This document shows positions 38,810 to 52,579 of a stretch of DNA of 64,000 nucleotides, in pieces (positions within the stretch are counted from its first letter, which is position 1; each line of letters opens with the position of its first letter). The stretch comes from Mobula hypostoma (lineage: Eukaryota): contig NC_086097.1 in NCBI RefSeq assembly GCF_963921235.1, positions 123,258,001 through 123,322,000 on the forward strand, written 5' to 3'. Below the pieces are notes generated by a model, which saw only the letters and a program-made list of their open reading frames with translations, was not told the DNA's origin and ran no database searches. Position numbers and translations under genes: made by a program.

Positions 38810-41290
38810 ACTTAACACCTGGATAAACAATCAGCTATAATATTGTCAGTACCTTTCACATGTTTGATTGTCAGGTCATATTCCTGCAATATCAGACTCT
38901 AATTTAATAACCTTCTATTCTTATCCTCCATCTTAGTTAGAAACACCAACGGATTATGATCCGTGTAAACCACAAGTGGTCTCTGGGCAGAACAAACATA
39001 AACTTCAAAATGTTGTAAATTCAGAATAAGTGCTAGTAATTCCTCTTCAACAGTGGAATAATTCTTCTGGTGCCCAGTAAATTTCTTTCGAAATAGATTA
39101 CTGTGTGTTCAATGTCATCCACTCCCTTCTGTAACAGTACTGCTCCAGCAGCTTCATCACTAGCGTCTGTTGCTGTAGAAAATGGCTTGGAAAAGTCAGG
39201 TGCCTTGAACACAGGATGATAACACAGGGTGGTTTTCAGACATTCAAGTGCCTCCTGGCAAAGATCACTCAATACAAATTTTTCACTCTTCCCTCGGAGT
39301 TTTGCTAGGGGGAGAGCGATATCAGCAAAGTTCTGACAAAACTTATGATAATACCCAACCATTCCCAAAAATCGTCTTAAAGCTTTCTTGCTGGTTGGAA
39401 TAAGAACCTCAGCAATAGCTTGAACCTTGGCCTGTACAGGAGCCAGTTAGTCCTGGCCTACAACATAGCCCAGATATGTAACTGTGGCATGACCAAACTC
39501 ACTCTTATCAAGGTTCACGGTAAGTTTGGCCTTGGACAGCCTTTTAAACAATTTTTCTACCCCTGCAATATGCTCTTCCCACATGTCATTCCAGACCACT
39601 AAATCATCGATGTAAGCCCCTGTGTTTTCTAAACCTCTAATCACAGAATTGATCATTCTTTGCAATGTCCCCGGAGCATTTTTCATCCCGAAGGGTAAAT
39701 CACTATATTCATACAGTCCAGATGGTGTCACAAATGCTGATATCTCTTTAGCTCTTTCTGTTAAAGGAACACCCCAATATCCTTTTAACAAGTCAATTTT
39801 TGTCAGGTACTTAGCCTTTCCTACTCTATCAATACAGTCACCCACTCTCTTTCTTTGTTCCTTCTTGTTTCCAACTTCTTGTTCAACCATTTTACTTTCC
39901 TCTAAATTCATTCTGTAAGGATGCTCTTTGATGAGCTGGACAGAATTTACTATGACATCATGCACTTTAGCTGTACACTGTCTTGGAATGTCAGGGAATA
40001 AATCTTTATGCTTGCTAATTAATTCCTTCAATTGTTTTTGCAGTGTAAGTTCCAACTGATAGACCTTGTCAGTAATATTTTTCAAAACAATGGGATTCTT
40101 AAACCTTGTTGATGCTAGATTCAGTGGGTTAAAATGATTTTTCATTTCATTTCCAGCCTCCACGACTCCATTTGTTTTCATAACAGTACCCGTAGATGTT
40201 ATCCTATCAAACAAGTGTTTTATTTTAATTTGAACATTCTGCAAACTTTCCTTTGCAAGGTCACAAACCTTATTAAATCTCTTCCGCATATTGACCCATA
40301 TTTCCAAATTAGACCACAGTTCTCTGAGTAGGGTCAAAGGTCCTTTTGGCCTGTGACCAAACACAGGTTTAAACAGACTACTCACCGATGATTTTTGAAT
40401 CATATCTCCAACAGCACATAAGAGTAGGGGAACCCCCTCATCCCAGTTTTTCCCATTTTTCACACAATATGTTTTAATCATGGTCTTAAGAGTGGAGTTG
40501 AACCGTTCCAAGGCTCCCTTGGACTCTGTGTGATATGCAGATGACACAATGTGCTTAGCTCCCAGTTCTCCAACTATCCCCTGGAATGTTCTCGAAGTAA
40601 AGTTACTACCCTGGTCAAATTGAGTTTCTTTGGGCAGACCTATCAGTGTGAAAAACTTACTGAATGCATCTACCACAGTCTTGGCCTTGATGTTTCCAAG
40701 AGGCACAGCTTCAGGGAACCTAGACACAGCACACATAATTGTTAACAGATACTGATGATCAGCTGCAGTCTTTAGCAATGGGCCTACACAATCCACTATG
40801 ACCCTAGAAAAAGGTTCACCAAAAGCAGGTATCGGTTTAAGTGGTGTTACTTGAATAACCTGAGTAAGATTCCCCTCAACCTGGCAGGTATGGCAAGTCC
40901 TGCAAAAATTCACAACATCCTCTCTTAAATTAGGACAGTAGAATTCCTTCATAATTCCATTTGAGTCTTTCTCATTCCAAAATGTCCACCTAAAGGCATA
41001 CCGTAAGCCATGTTTACAATTCAGTCCTGTAAACTTTTGGAACGACTACCTGATGTTCAGTGGCCCAGTCCTCACTTGCAGGCACAGTGGCTGGTATCCA
41101 GTTCCTCATCAGCACCCCATCTTTAAGGTAGTATCCCACTGACTCATTCTGAACCCCCTCTCCTGTGAAAGCTGTCTCCTTTAAAGCCACCATTTCAGAA
41201 TCTTTATTCTGTTCCTTTATAAATTCCTTCCTCGATAAGGACAAACCTTTCTCATACACCTTACCCTCCAAATCCTGTTGTAACATGGAA
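38810..41290 (-). pseudogene. pol remnant: integrase, then reverse transcriptase, then RNase H
   Basis: FCRTCHTCQ, IVDCVGPL, DQGSNF, ERFNSTLK (INT); IDLLKGYW, LPFGMKNAP, YIDDLVV (RT); TDASDEAAGAVLLQ (RH); frameshifts and deletions present. Confidence 0.9.
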
Positions 41291-42024
41291 GATAGAGAAG
41301 TCTGTGGCAGATCATCATACCTTAAACCCCTGGTTTTGCTACAGCAGACTTCCTAAACATGCTTCGAGCAACTGCGCATGTGGGATAAACATCAGTCTTT
41401 CTGTGTGGATCATTAGCAACAGCTTGGCTCATTAGTTGAATTGTTAAATCAACCATACCTTGGAGAGGTGTCAACCTCCCCATATAGTTTACTAAACTTA
41501 GCACCATCACCAGACTTATAAAAATCATGTGTACATTATGGAAGAGGCCAAACAATCCATTTATCTCATTTCTATGACCTTTATTTCGACTTGTCTCCAT
41601 AACAACTTCCACCAGTGACATCTCCTCAAAACCATAACAATCCTCCTTCTTCTCCACAACATCATCGTGAATAACATCATAACCTTGAAGGTGTTTACCT
41701 CCCAATGTCAAAACAAAATTCAACAGAGTGGCACTTACTTCTTCAGTAGGCCCTTATCCTGCAAGCAGGGTCAAAGGTCGCAAAACCAATCCAACCTTCA
41801 CAAGTACTTTATTCAAAAGTCTCAGTCCCTTTTCTCAATATTTTCAGCAACACTTACATCACGAATTTTTATCTCATCACTAACTTTTAGAACACTGTCT
41901 AATACAAGTGACTGAGAATTCTCAATTTCCACTGATACCAAGGTTAACCCCTTATTCACTGAACCAAAACCATCTAACACAAAAGAACTGCATTCCTTTC
42001 CAACCAAGTCAGACACCTCAGACC

Positions 42025-42740
42025 TTAACTGAGCTTCAACACAAGGTTCAGTACCCTGTGAATCCACAGGTACTTCACAACTTGAACACAGGCAATCTGG
42101 ACAGCTGCCTCTTCTGGGCTTTCATCACTTGCCCCAGTTTCAAATTCAAGGTCACCCTGAACCTCCCAGCTACTCTCTAGGTAACTCTCATCTGGAGGAA
42201 ACTCAACCTCGTGGGTTAAAACAACTTTGTCTGCTTTCTTAGCGGACCCCCGCAGGGTAGCGGCATCCTCTTCATCTAGGTATGCCCTTGCATCATAGGG
42301 GACACAACTTTTAAATTCATCAAACAAAACAAGCTCTTCCAAGTTGTAAAAATCATCAGCGTCCGACACTAAACCTCTCAGCTGCCACATCTCCCCCTCA
42401 AACTGTCTCTGTCACTCTGCCTCTTCTCTCCATTTGTCTGCCTCTCCAGCCCCGAGCTGTTTCAGCAGCAACTCACGCTCCATTCTTAATTTTTCCAACT
42501 GAAGCTGCAGCTCAGCCTCAGGAAGCACTTTACCTTCAGCAAACATTTTCAACACATCCTCAGTAAATTGCTTCGTCAAAATATAATATTCAACTTTTTT
42601 TCTTTGAATTTCTACCTTAGTCAGATCCTTCTTTACTGTCTTAAGTTCCAATTCCTCAACAATTGTCCGCAACTCATCCTTTTCAGCTCTCTTCAAAACC
42701 ACAGGGTTTGGCGATGACAGAAATTTCCTAACATCCATTT
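42025..42740 (-). pseudogene. gag-like remnant
   Basis: MDVRKFLSSP...LQLQLEKLRME coiled coil and LEELVLFDEFKSCVP, just downstream of the PBS. Confidence 0.65.
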
Positions 42741-42818
42741 CTGCTGTTTTTCCACACAACCAAATCAAAAGGGATTTCCCCCAGTCAATTCAAACAAGCC
42801 CCCACACAATTTGTTCAT

Positions 42819-42837
42819 ATTCCAGACACAGGCCCCA
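42819..42837 (-). promoter_or_regulatory. Degenerate primer-binding site, tRNA-Pro-like
   Basis: tggggcctgtgtctggaat a few bases inside the 5' LTR resembles TGGGGGCTCGTCCGGGAT. Confidence 0.55.
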
Positions 42838-42841
42838 ATTT

Positions 42842-43647
42842 TGATAGGGACCCCGTGACAGGTTAAAGATCCAGCAGAAATGGAAAACACTTTGGAGTCC
42901 AGTACTGTTATTAACTAATGGTATTTATTAGAAACTACGCAATACAGTAATATAAATGCAGTTAAATCAAACAGGTTAGCAATGATTATATATAAGTAAG
43001 TGTGGAAATATATGAAAACCAAGCTTCACATCTAAGGGTAAATAGATAGTCTTACGAAGATGAGTAAAGTTCAGTTCGTGGTATTGAGTTGAGTAGTCAT
43101 GGAGAGAGAGCGAGAGGGAGAGAGTTGAGTCTTCAGGTGAGCTGACACCGTCGATCTTCCCGTTGTCCTTCAAATTCCTTTAGAAGTCACTGACTGTGAC
43201 CACAACAAAGGAGTCCATTCTCCTGTGGTGGAATTATCAACCCAGGCGAGGGTTGGCACAAATAACTTCCCACCGGTCACACCCTTTTTCACACTGTGAG
43301 AGCCACTGATCGATCTACCTGATCGATCCTCCAAAAACCCACCATTTCTGTGGGCACAACAAAGCTCATTCAGTGTCCAAAACCATGTGTCTCCAGGTCT
43401 ATCATCTGACCTTCTATTTATCTCCGCGTGCTGAATACCAACTGTCTCTCAAACAACTCCTCCCTTCCCTCTCTGCAAGAATTTCTAAGCAGGCGTTGTC
43501 CTTGTAGAAAGTATACACATGCTGTGAGCATTCTTTGCCTCTCTCTCCCTTCTTTCTCTCTCTTTTTAACAAGGTTTGGTGTTGGGCACCTCTCTCTCTC
43601 TCTTTTCAAAAGTACAGTTCAGAGGGGTAATTCAGGGCCCCGTCACA
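42842..43647 (-). repeat. 5' LTR
   Basis: Direct repeat of 38063-38688 with TG...CA ends. Confidence 0.9.
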
Positions 43648-44120
43648 CAAGGGTCCAGAGAAGATTCACGAGAATGACCCCAGGAATGAAAGGGTTTACG
43701 TATGAGGAGCATTTCATGGTTCTCGGTCCATACTCACTGGAGTTTCGAAGAATGAGAGGGCATCGCATTGAAACCTATCGAATACTGAAAGGCCTAGATA
43801 GAGTGGACGCACAGAGGATGTTTCCTGTAGTAGGGGAGTCTAGGACCAGAGGGGATGTTCCTTTAGAACAGAGATGAGGAGGAAATTCTTTAGCCATAGG
43901 CTAGTGAATCTAAGGAATTCATTGCCAAGACTGCTGTGAAAGCCAAGTCACTGAGTATATTTAAAACAGGGATTGATAGGTTCTTCATCAGTAAAAGCAT
44001 CAAGGTTATAGGTAGAAAGCAGGATAATAGGATTGAGAGTGCTAATAAATCAGCCAGGATGGAATGCTGGAGCAGATTTGATGGGCTGAATGGCCTAATT
44101 CTTCTCCTATGTCTTATGGT
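43648..44120 (+). mobile_element. CR1 LINE 3' fragment (host of the Gypsy; left part at about 38000-38062)
   Basis: [15 protein letters not shown]...LEFRRMRG; ctcctatgtcttatggtc tail. Confidence 0.88.
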
Positions 44121-46879
44121 CAATACTTTGACCATAAGAATCTGACATAGACGATGATGACAAATTAAACAGTGAACTTCAAAAAGGAGTTGTCGAAGTT
44201 TTGAAAGTAAGATGTCTTCCTTCAGAAAGATAATGAAGGTTTTAGCTGAACTGTTCTGGCAGGTTGCATAAACTGGCATGCTATGTCAGAACTGGCTCGC
44301 GTGCCTCCCATCCCCAAATATCCTTAGGTTGTGCTGGCTGTTAATGCAAACCTTGCACTATAGGTTTTGATGTGCAAGTGACAAATAAATAAATTTGAAC
44401 GTGAATCTAGATCCTAGTTTGGAAATAAGAAGCAGCAGCAGAATGCACCATTTGCAATTTTTGGAGGCCTGCCCTAGAGTTGAAGGACTGTCGCTGTGTG
44501 TGGTGGGAGGGAGGAAGGAAAAGCGCTGGTTTTGCTGTTATTGTTCTGTCGTTTACTGCATTCTGTGGTGTTGTGCCGAGCGTGGTGGGCACACTGCGTT
44601 GGCACCAGAGTGTGAGACGACACTCAGGAGCTGCTCCCAACACATCCGTAGGCTGTGCTGGTCGTTAACACAAACGATGCATTTCACTGTATGTCTCAAA
44701 GTACATGTGATAAATAAATGTATCTGTATCTGAACCTGAACTATTATAGAGTTAATTTACAACCCTGCAGGAACTTTCTTATAGGTCTTTAGCAATCGAG
44801 AAATCTGTGTAGAAAAATTCAGAACAATGGCAAGCATGGATAAATGTTCTAGTTGTTGCTGCAGTTTCTATCAACTGCCTTTATTCTCCATTAGAATTAA
44901 ACTTTTTTTTAATCAATACAGTTTGACATTCCTATATTTGAATATTCAATTGAAGATAAGTTTAATGAATTCAAAAATCAAATAAATTGGTACAAAAAGC
45001 AGCTAATAAGCAACTAACACTATCTTTGTTTCTTTTTCATTATTTTTTAATAGTGTTTGGTCTTGCTTTACTAATCTTAATTGCCATTCTTAAACTCCTA
45101 TTTAAACAAAAAATAATTCCTGGAAGTATTGTCTAAAAAAGTCAAATGTCACTACTAGATCAATAAATTAAAATTAAAGTATTCAAGACGTTGGAGTTTT
45201 ATTGCAGTGCAATACTGACAAAAAGAACATAGCTTCCAATTGAGCATTTCAATAACTCCTCCTGTCTTTAGTTCCTCACAGTTTTGTTAAATTTCTTATT
45301 AAATCGTCTTGGCCTCTGTCCATTGATTTTAATCAAAAACTGAATTGAAGACGCCTCCTCAGTTTTAAGAACCTGTAATCTATTTTTATTTCATTCTTCA
45401 ATTACCACTCTTTCTATTGCCCTTTACCTTCCAAATTGTCTGTGCTTGCAACCTAACATATAAATACTTAAAAGTCCTTAACTCTTTTGCAGATTGATTT
45501 AAATTGATTTCACTGGAAATGAAAAGTGAATAATTTCTATAATGCTGGTTATCTACCTACCAGGTATTAAGACCAAAGTGCATTTATTATCAATGAATGT
45601 ATAAATTATATAACCTTGAGATTTGTTTGCTTCACAAGCAGACGCAAAGCAAGGAACCCAAAAGAACCCAATTTTTAAAAAATAAGACCAACCCCCAGTT
45701 CCCACAGAAAAAGGGAAATAAAAACAAAACAAATCATGCAAACAATAGAAGCCAGAAACAGCAACAGGTTTCTGAAACAAATTGAGTCCTTAGATCCAAA
45801 TCTCCAGAGCAGCGTGGAGTAGGCCCAAAGCCTTGGTATTCAGTTCATCATATTAGCAGAGCAAGTCGCCACACAGTTCACAGACACGAAGCACAGCAGC
45901 CGGGGCAGTCTCATAGCCTTAGCGTCGCAGAGAGTGAGCCTCCGGTCTATCGGGGCCAGCATTTAAATTGTCCGAACCTCACACTAGGAACTGGGCCTCA
46001 CCACGGCACATCACTCCAGGCCTAGATTTCACTGCCGAAGAACCCATTTTCAACCTCTCCAAATCGGCTCAGCGTTTAGTGCGATCCAACCTCACCTGAC
46101 TCGCGACATCTTGCCTATCCGTCTCTCTGGGCTGGCATCTCATCCTTAACCTCTAGTTCTGGTCTCATAAAAACTCAGTGTGGAAAGACTGTTTGCATTT
46201 ACCCTATCCGTACCCCTCATAATTCTTTATACCTCTATCAAATCTCCTCTTACTCTCCTACGCTCCAGGGAATAAAGTCCTAGCCTGCTCAACCTTTACC
46301 TATAACTCAGATCCTCAAGCCCTGGCAATGGCCTTGTAAATTTGAATAACAACATTTGAACAATACACAGTTTATTATAAACCTGTATCTCCATGGTATA
46401 TTGAAGAGTTAAGATCACAAAATTGATGCATTACAATCTCACCAATAGTGGAAGAATGTATGTCCTCAAAAAATATTCAGATGAGTAGCTTTCATTGCTA
46501 GGTTTTAGAATCAGAATCAGGTTTATTATCACTGGCATGTGACGTGATATTTGTTAAATTAGCAGCAGTAGTTCAACGCAATACATAATCTAGCCGAGAA
46601 AAAAATCATAAATAAAATATAATAATAATAAATAAACAAGTAAATCAATTATGTATATTGATATTGAATAGATTTTTTTAAATGTGCAGAAACAGAAATA
46701 CTGTATATTTTAAAAAAGTGTGGTAGTGTCCAAGGGTTCAATGTCCATTTAGGAATCAGATGGCAGAGGGGAAGGAGCTGTTCCTGAATCGCTGAGTGTG
46801 TGCCTTCAGGCTTCTGTACCTCCTACCTGATGGTAACAGTGAGAAAAGATCATACCCTGGGTGCTGGAGGTCCTTATTT

Positions 46880-47115
46880 CCTTTATTTATTTAGAAATAC
46901 AGCACGGTAACAGGCCCATCCAACCCAACCAGCCTGCACTAACCAATGACATCCATGTGACCAATTAACCGACTGTATGTCTTTGGGACGTGGGAAAAAA
47001 CCCACGCGGTCACAGGGTGAACGTACAAACTCCTTACAGGCAGCGCCAGGAATTGAACCCAGGTCGCTGGAGCTGTAAACCAATGTTCCAGCCGCTATGC
47101 TACTGTGTCACCCCC
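46880..47115 (-). mobile_element. tRNA-type SINE (other copies at about 47670-47945 -, 48197-48455 +, 52215-52420 -, 55350-55640 -, 59600-59870 -)
   Basis: Shared core aaacccacgcggtcacaggg..aacgtacaaactccttacag..aattgaaccc. Confidence 0.75.
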
Positions 47116-47195
47116 AACAGACTGGAATTTACGAACGGAGATTTTTAACTCAGAGTCCTAATAGAGAAAAACGGTTTTGCTGATAAACAAGTTCA

Positions 47196-47420
<225 letters not shown>

Positions 47421-48452
47421 TTAATACAGTCACCAGGGTCTACCTCAATTAATTACATTCTGTAGGAGAATGTTCTGAACATTTATCATCCAATTCCCCA
47501 AAGAAATCACAGTATACTTCCTCTATTCACATTGATTATTTTACACAATTATGTAAAATATTCAACCTCCTACTTTTGCAAAGCATGACTTCATAATTCA
47601 TATTAAAATTAAACATACCCATTTCATAATTTGTTTTGCATTAGTAAAATGAATATATTTTTGTTTTTTTATTTTACTTTCAGAGATTCTGTACAGAACA
47701 GTCCCCTCCGGCCCAACAAGCCACACTGCCCAGCAACTCTCATATTTAACCCTTGCTTAATCACAGGACAATTTAGTGACCAATGAACCTACTAACATCT
47801 TTGGAATGTGGGAGGAAACCAGAGCGCCCAGATGAAACCCATGCAATCACAGGAAGGGCGTACAAGCTCCTTACAGGCAGTGTCGGAAATGAACTCTGAA
47901 TTCCAACGCCCCGAGCTGCATGCTAACCACCATGCTGCCGTGAAATGACATTATCTACATCACACCAAATAGAAATATTAAAATAATGCACAAGCTTGAA
48001 AATGAAGATGAGCTTAGCATGGCAGCCCTGAGATGCAGTGTGTGTTTTTGTCAACACAATACAGCTTGGAACGTCTAGATTCAATACGCAGTTTTGATTA
48101 ACCTAAAACGTCAAGATTTCCTTTGCAAAGCCAACTGCAAGTGTATCTACTTTGGACTAACCTTTGTCCCTTAGGCGTTTAATTGGGACTTGCCAAGGGC
48201 GCCACGTTAGCACAGCAGTTAGTGCAACGTTATTACAACTCCCAGAGTTGGAGTTCAGAGTTCAATTCTGGAACAGTCTGTGAGGAGTTTTTACATCCTC
48301 CTTGCGAACACATGTGTTTCCTCCCGGTGCTCCAGTTTCCTCCCACATTCCAAAGACGTACCGGAGAGTAGGTGAATTGCCCATTGTAAGGTTTCCTGCG
48401 ATTAGGCTAGGGTTAAATAGGTGTGTTTCTCGGTGGTGTGGCTCATTAGGCC

Positions 48453-48833
48453 AGAAGGGAGGTGGGAAGGAGAAGGATATGAAGGGAGGGGGAGGAAGGG
48501 AGGGGGTGGAAGGGAGGGGGAGGAAGGGACAAAGGGATGGTGGGAGGGGTAGGAAGAGAAAGGGGGGGAAGGAAGAGAAAGGAGGAAAAAGAAGAGAAAG
48601 GATGGGAGGATTAGGAAGAGGGAGGGAAGAGGGAGGGAAGAGGGAAGGAGGAAGGAATGGAGAAAGGCAGGGAGGGAGGAAGAGGGGAGAAGGAAGAGAA
48701 GAGGGGGAGTAAGAGAAGAGGGAGAGGAAGAGAGGAAGGGAAGAAAAGAAGAGGGGGAGAAAGAGAGGAAGGGAGGGAGGAAGAGAGGGAGGGTGAGAAT
48801 GAGGAAGAGACGGAGGGAGGAAGGGAAGAAAAA
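48453..48833. repeat. Polypurine/polypyrimidine low-complexity tract
   Basis: About 380 bp made almost entirely of G and A on the + strand. Confidence 0.95.
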
Positions 48834-49104
48834 TAATAAAAGCAATGAGCCAATGTGATAAACAACGGAACATGATAAAGGCTTAGATAAAGTTAGTTTA
48901 ATTAATATAATCATAATTTTATTTTTAAACCTTATTTGCTGCTTGATTTCCAGCTGTAAGTGATAACAACAAAAATGGGGACGTTAAAAGCTGTTCTATT
49001 TACAACATAGAACAACACTGCAGCCTACAATGTTGGCTCACTTCCATTGATAAAACTTGTCCAGAATATAACAAATCTTACGGGAAACATGACAACACAA
49101 CATA

Positions 49105-49583
49105 TACGCAGTGGCCACTTTATTAGGTATGCCTGTACACCTGATTTTTGATGCAAATATCTAATCAACCAATCATGTGGTAGCAACTCAGTGCATAAAA
49201 GCATGCAGACAGAGTCAAGAGGTTCAGTTGTTGCTCAGACCAAACATCAGAATGGGGAAGAAATGTGATCCAAGTGACTTTGACCGTGGAATGACTGTCG
49301 GTGCCAGACAGGGTGAAAAACAAAACAGCTGCAGTAAGTGGCAGTTCTGTGAGCGAAAATGCTGTGTTAATGAGGGAGGTCAGAGGAGAATGTCCAGACT
49401 AGTTCAAGCTAACAGGAAGGCAACAGTAACTCAAATAACCACACATTACAACAGCGAGTTGCAGAAGAGCATCTCCGAACACACAACACATTAAACCTTG
49501 AAGTGGATAGGCTACAGCAGCAGAAGACCATGAACATCCACTCAGTAGCCACAGTAGGTACTTAATAAAGTGGTCTCTGAGTG
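49105..49583 (+). mobile_element. Non-autonomous Tc1/mariner element
   Basis: TA-flanked TIRs; MGKKCDPSDFDRGMTVGARQG...QRRMSRLVQANRKATVTQITTHYN. Confidence 0.9.
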
Positions 49584-50579
49584 TACGTGTAATAATGACT
49601 CAAGATTGCAGGTGAGAAATACTCAACAGCTTAGGCAGTATCTGTGGAGAGAGAAATAAAATTAAGACTTCAGACTGAAATCGTATTGCTGATCTGAAAT
49701 GTTAACTCCGACCTGTTGAGTATTTCCAGGATCTTCTGCGTTTATACCCTCGTATGATTGTCTGTCGGTCTAGCTTTTAAATGATTCCATTGTGTTTCTT
49801 GGCTGTCCTGTGAATGCCTTCATGAAAACGAGTCTCAGGGTAGTACACAGTGACGTATATGCACTTTGATAATAAACTTACTTGAACTTTGAGGGTTTTT
49901 TTCTTTTCTGCTTTTCAATGTATGGAAATACCTTGGAAAGGTAAACTGAAGAAGTATAAACTAAACAGCACTTTTAAAATGGGTGCAGGAACAGAGAGAA
50001 TTGGGGATGATAATAAACAATTAGAACTGATTTAGGCAAAAGGTGAGTTGCTTTACAGGCAAATAATTCTGATTTAAAATATACTAGCTGGAAATGTGAT
50101 AGTAGATAAAGTATTAAATTTCTAACATGGTTTGAATGGTTAGAAGGAATGATTCAGGAAGTGGGACTAATTAATAGCTCCTTCAAAGAGCCTCCAATGG
50201 ATTGAAAGGTCAACAAACCCCTGGACTGGAAGATACTGCAATCATCATTTTTGAAGGAATTAAGCAAGTGATGGAATGGAGTGTTAAGAAATGAAAAAAT
50301 GAAAACAAAATTGTCCTCAAGTGCTTCCCATGAACAGACAATTAAGGAGCGCTGTCGCGGGAGAGCAGCATCCACCATCAAAGACCCCCAGAATCCAAGC
50401 CATCATCTCTTCTCGCTGCTGCCATCAGGAGGTAGGTATCGGAGTGTTAGGTCCCACGCCACCAGGTTCAGAAACAGTTATTACCCATCAACCATCAGGC
50501 TCTTGAACCAGAGTGGATAACCTCATTCACTCCATCATCAAACTGATTCCACAACCTATTGACTCACTTTCAAGGACTT

Positions 50580-51716
50580 AGAACCATAGAACCATAGAAA
50601 CTATAGCACAGAAACAGGCCTTTTGGCCCTTCTTGGCTGTGCTGAACCATTTTCTGCCTAGTCCCACTGACCTGCACACGGACCATATCCCTCCATACAC
50701 CTCCCATCCATGTATCTGTTAAATGTTAAAAAAGAACCCGCATTTACCACCTCGTCTAGCAGCTCATTCCATACTCCCACCACTCTCTGTGTGAAGAAGC
50801 CCCCCCTAATGTTCCCTTTGGACTTTCCCCCCCTCACCCTTAACCCATGTCCTCTGGTTTTTTTCTCCCCTTGCCTCAGTGGAAAAACCCTGCTTGCATT
50901 CACTCTATCTATACCCATCATAATTTTATATACCTCTATCAAATCTCCCCTCATTCTTCTACGCTCCAGGGAATAAAGTCCTAACCTAATTCAACCTATC
51001 TCTGTAACTGAGTTTCTCAAGTCCCAGCAACAACCTTGTAAACCTTCTCTGTATCCTTTCAACCTTATTTATATCCTTCCTGTAATTTGGTGACCAAAAC
51101 TGAACACAATACTCCAGATTCGGCCTCACCAATGCCTTATACAGCCTCATCATAACATTCCAGCTCTTATACTCAATACTTCGATTAATAAAGGCCAATG
51201 TACCAAAAGCTCTCTTTATGACCCTATCTACCTGTGACGACACTTTTAGGGAATTTTGTATCTGTATTCCCAGATCCCTCTGTTCCACTGCACTCCTCAG
51301 TGCCTTACCATTAACCCTGTATGTTCTACGTTGGTTTGTCCTTCCAACGTGCAATACCTCACACTTGCCTGCATTAAACTCCATCTGCCATTTTTCAGCC
51401 CATTTTTCCAGCTGGTCCAAGTCCCTCTGCAGGCTCTGAAAACCTTCCTCGCTGTCTACTACACCTCCAATCTTTGTATCATCAGCAAATTTGCTGATCC
51501 AATTATCATCCAGATCATTGATATAGATGACAAATAACAATGGACCCAGCACTGATCCCTGTGGCACACCACTAGTCACAGGCCTCCACTCGGAGAAGCA
51601 ATTCTCTACTACCACTCTTTGGCTTCTTCCATTGAGCCAATGTCTGATCCAATTTACCACCTCTCCATGTATACCTAGCGACTGAATTTTCCTAACTAAC
51701 CTCCCATGCGGGACCT
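50580..51716 (-). mobile_element. Relatively young CR1 LINE 3' fragment inserted in a Rex-type tail
   Basis: 224-aa open frame with SGVPQGSVLGPLLF, ISKFADDTK, YCVQFWSP; tagaaccatagaaccatagaa tail. Confidence 0.95.
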
Positions 51717-52579
51717 TTACTACTCATGTTCTTGATATTTATGATTTTTTTTCACTTTTCTAAAATTACACAAGTTGTAGCTCCAGTGACATTATACTAC
51801 TTCCTTTTTAACGTGTCAGAAATGTTCATTATTTATTAATTTACTAGTGGCAATATTACTTTATGTGTTGTATGTGAGTTATATATACTGTGTTGTCCGC
51901 CTTGGTCCGGAGGAACTTTGTTTCATATGGCAGTACATATGTGTACGATTGAATGACAATAAACTGAACTGGACCTTGAACTTGGTGTCTTTTGCACATG
52001 GGTTATTTGTTCATCTTTGCTGTGTCCAGGAGCTGTAACATTCCAGCTCTATCAAACGCTGGTTGGACAATACTTGGAGTATTGTGTTCAGTTCTGGTCA
52101 CCTTATTTTAAGAAGGATGTGGAGGCTTTAGAAAGACTGACGAAGAGATTTACCAGGATGCTGCCTAGATTAGGGAGCATGTCTTATGACTAAAGCTTGA
52201 GCAAGTTAAGACAGTCTGCATCAATGACGAACACACTCTGAGAATTGTGGGGAGGCACCCCATAAGTGTCACCACACTTCCAGTGCCAATACAGCATGCC
52301 CACAATTTACTAACCCTAACCGTTATGTCTTTGGAATGTGGGAGGAAACTGAAGCACCCAGAGTAAACGTGGGGAGGACGTACAAACTCCTTACAGACAG
52401 CGTCAGGACTGAACTTTGATGGATAGAACAATATTGATTGGGAAGTAGAGAAGTAAAGCTCATAGTCTGTTGCAGGAATATGAATTTCAGCCACAAAGCA
52501 ATATTAAAATGAAATGTCTGATAAAAACTGATACACATGATGCTTCGGGCTTTATCTATTAATAAGTTGGGGTGTATAT

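Larger units (their letters stand above)
38063..43647 (-). mobile_element. Full-length decayed Gypsy LTR retrotransposon, Gmr1-type (gag-PR-INT-RT-RH)
   Basis: Two TG...CA LTRs; 4-bp TSD caag (38059-38062, 43648-43651); PPT; PBS-like site; pol remnants; inserted in a CR1 that reads through once the element is removed. Confidence 0.92.

Noticed and set aside
48262..48914. Long overlapping Pro/Ser/Leu- and Gly/Arg/Glu-rich ORFs
   Set aside because: Artefacts of the stop-poor purine tract and the adjacent SINE
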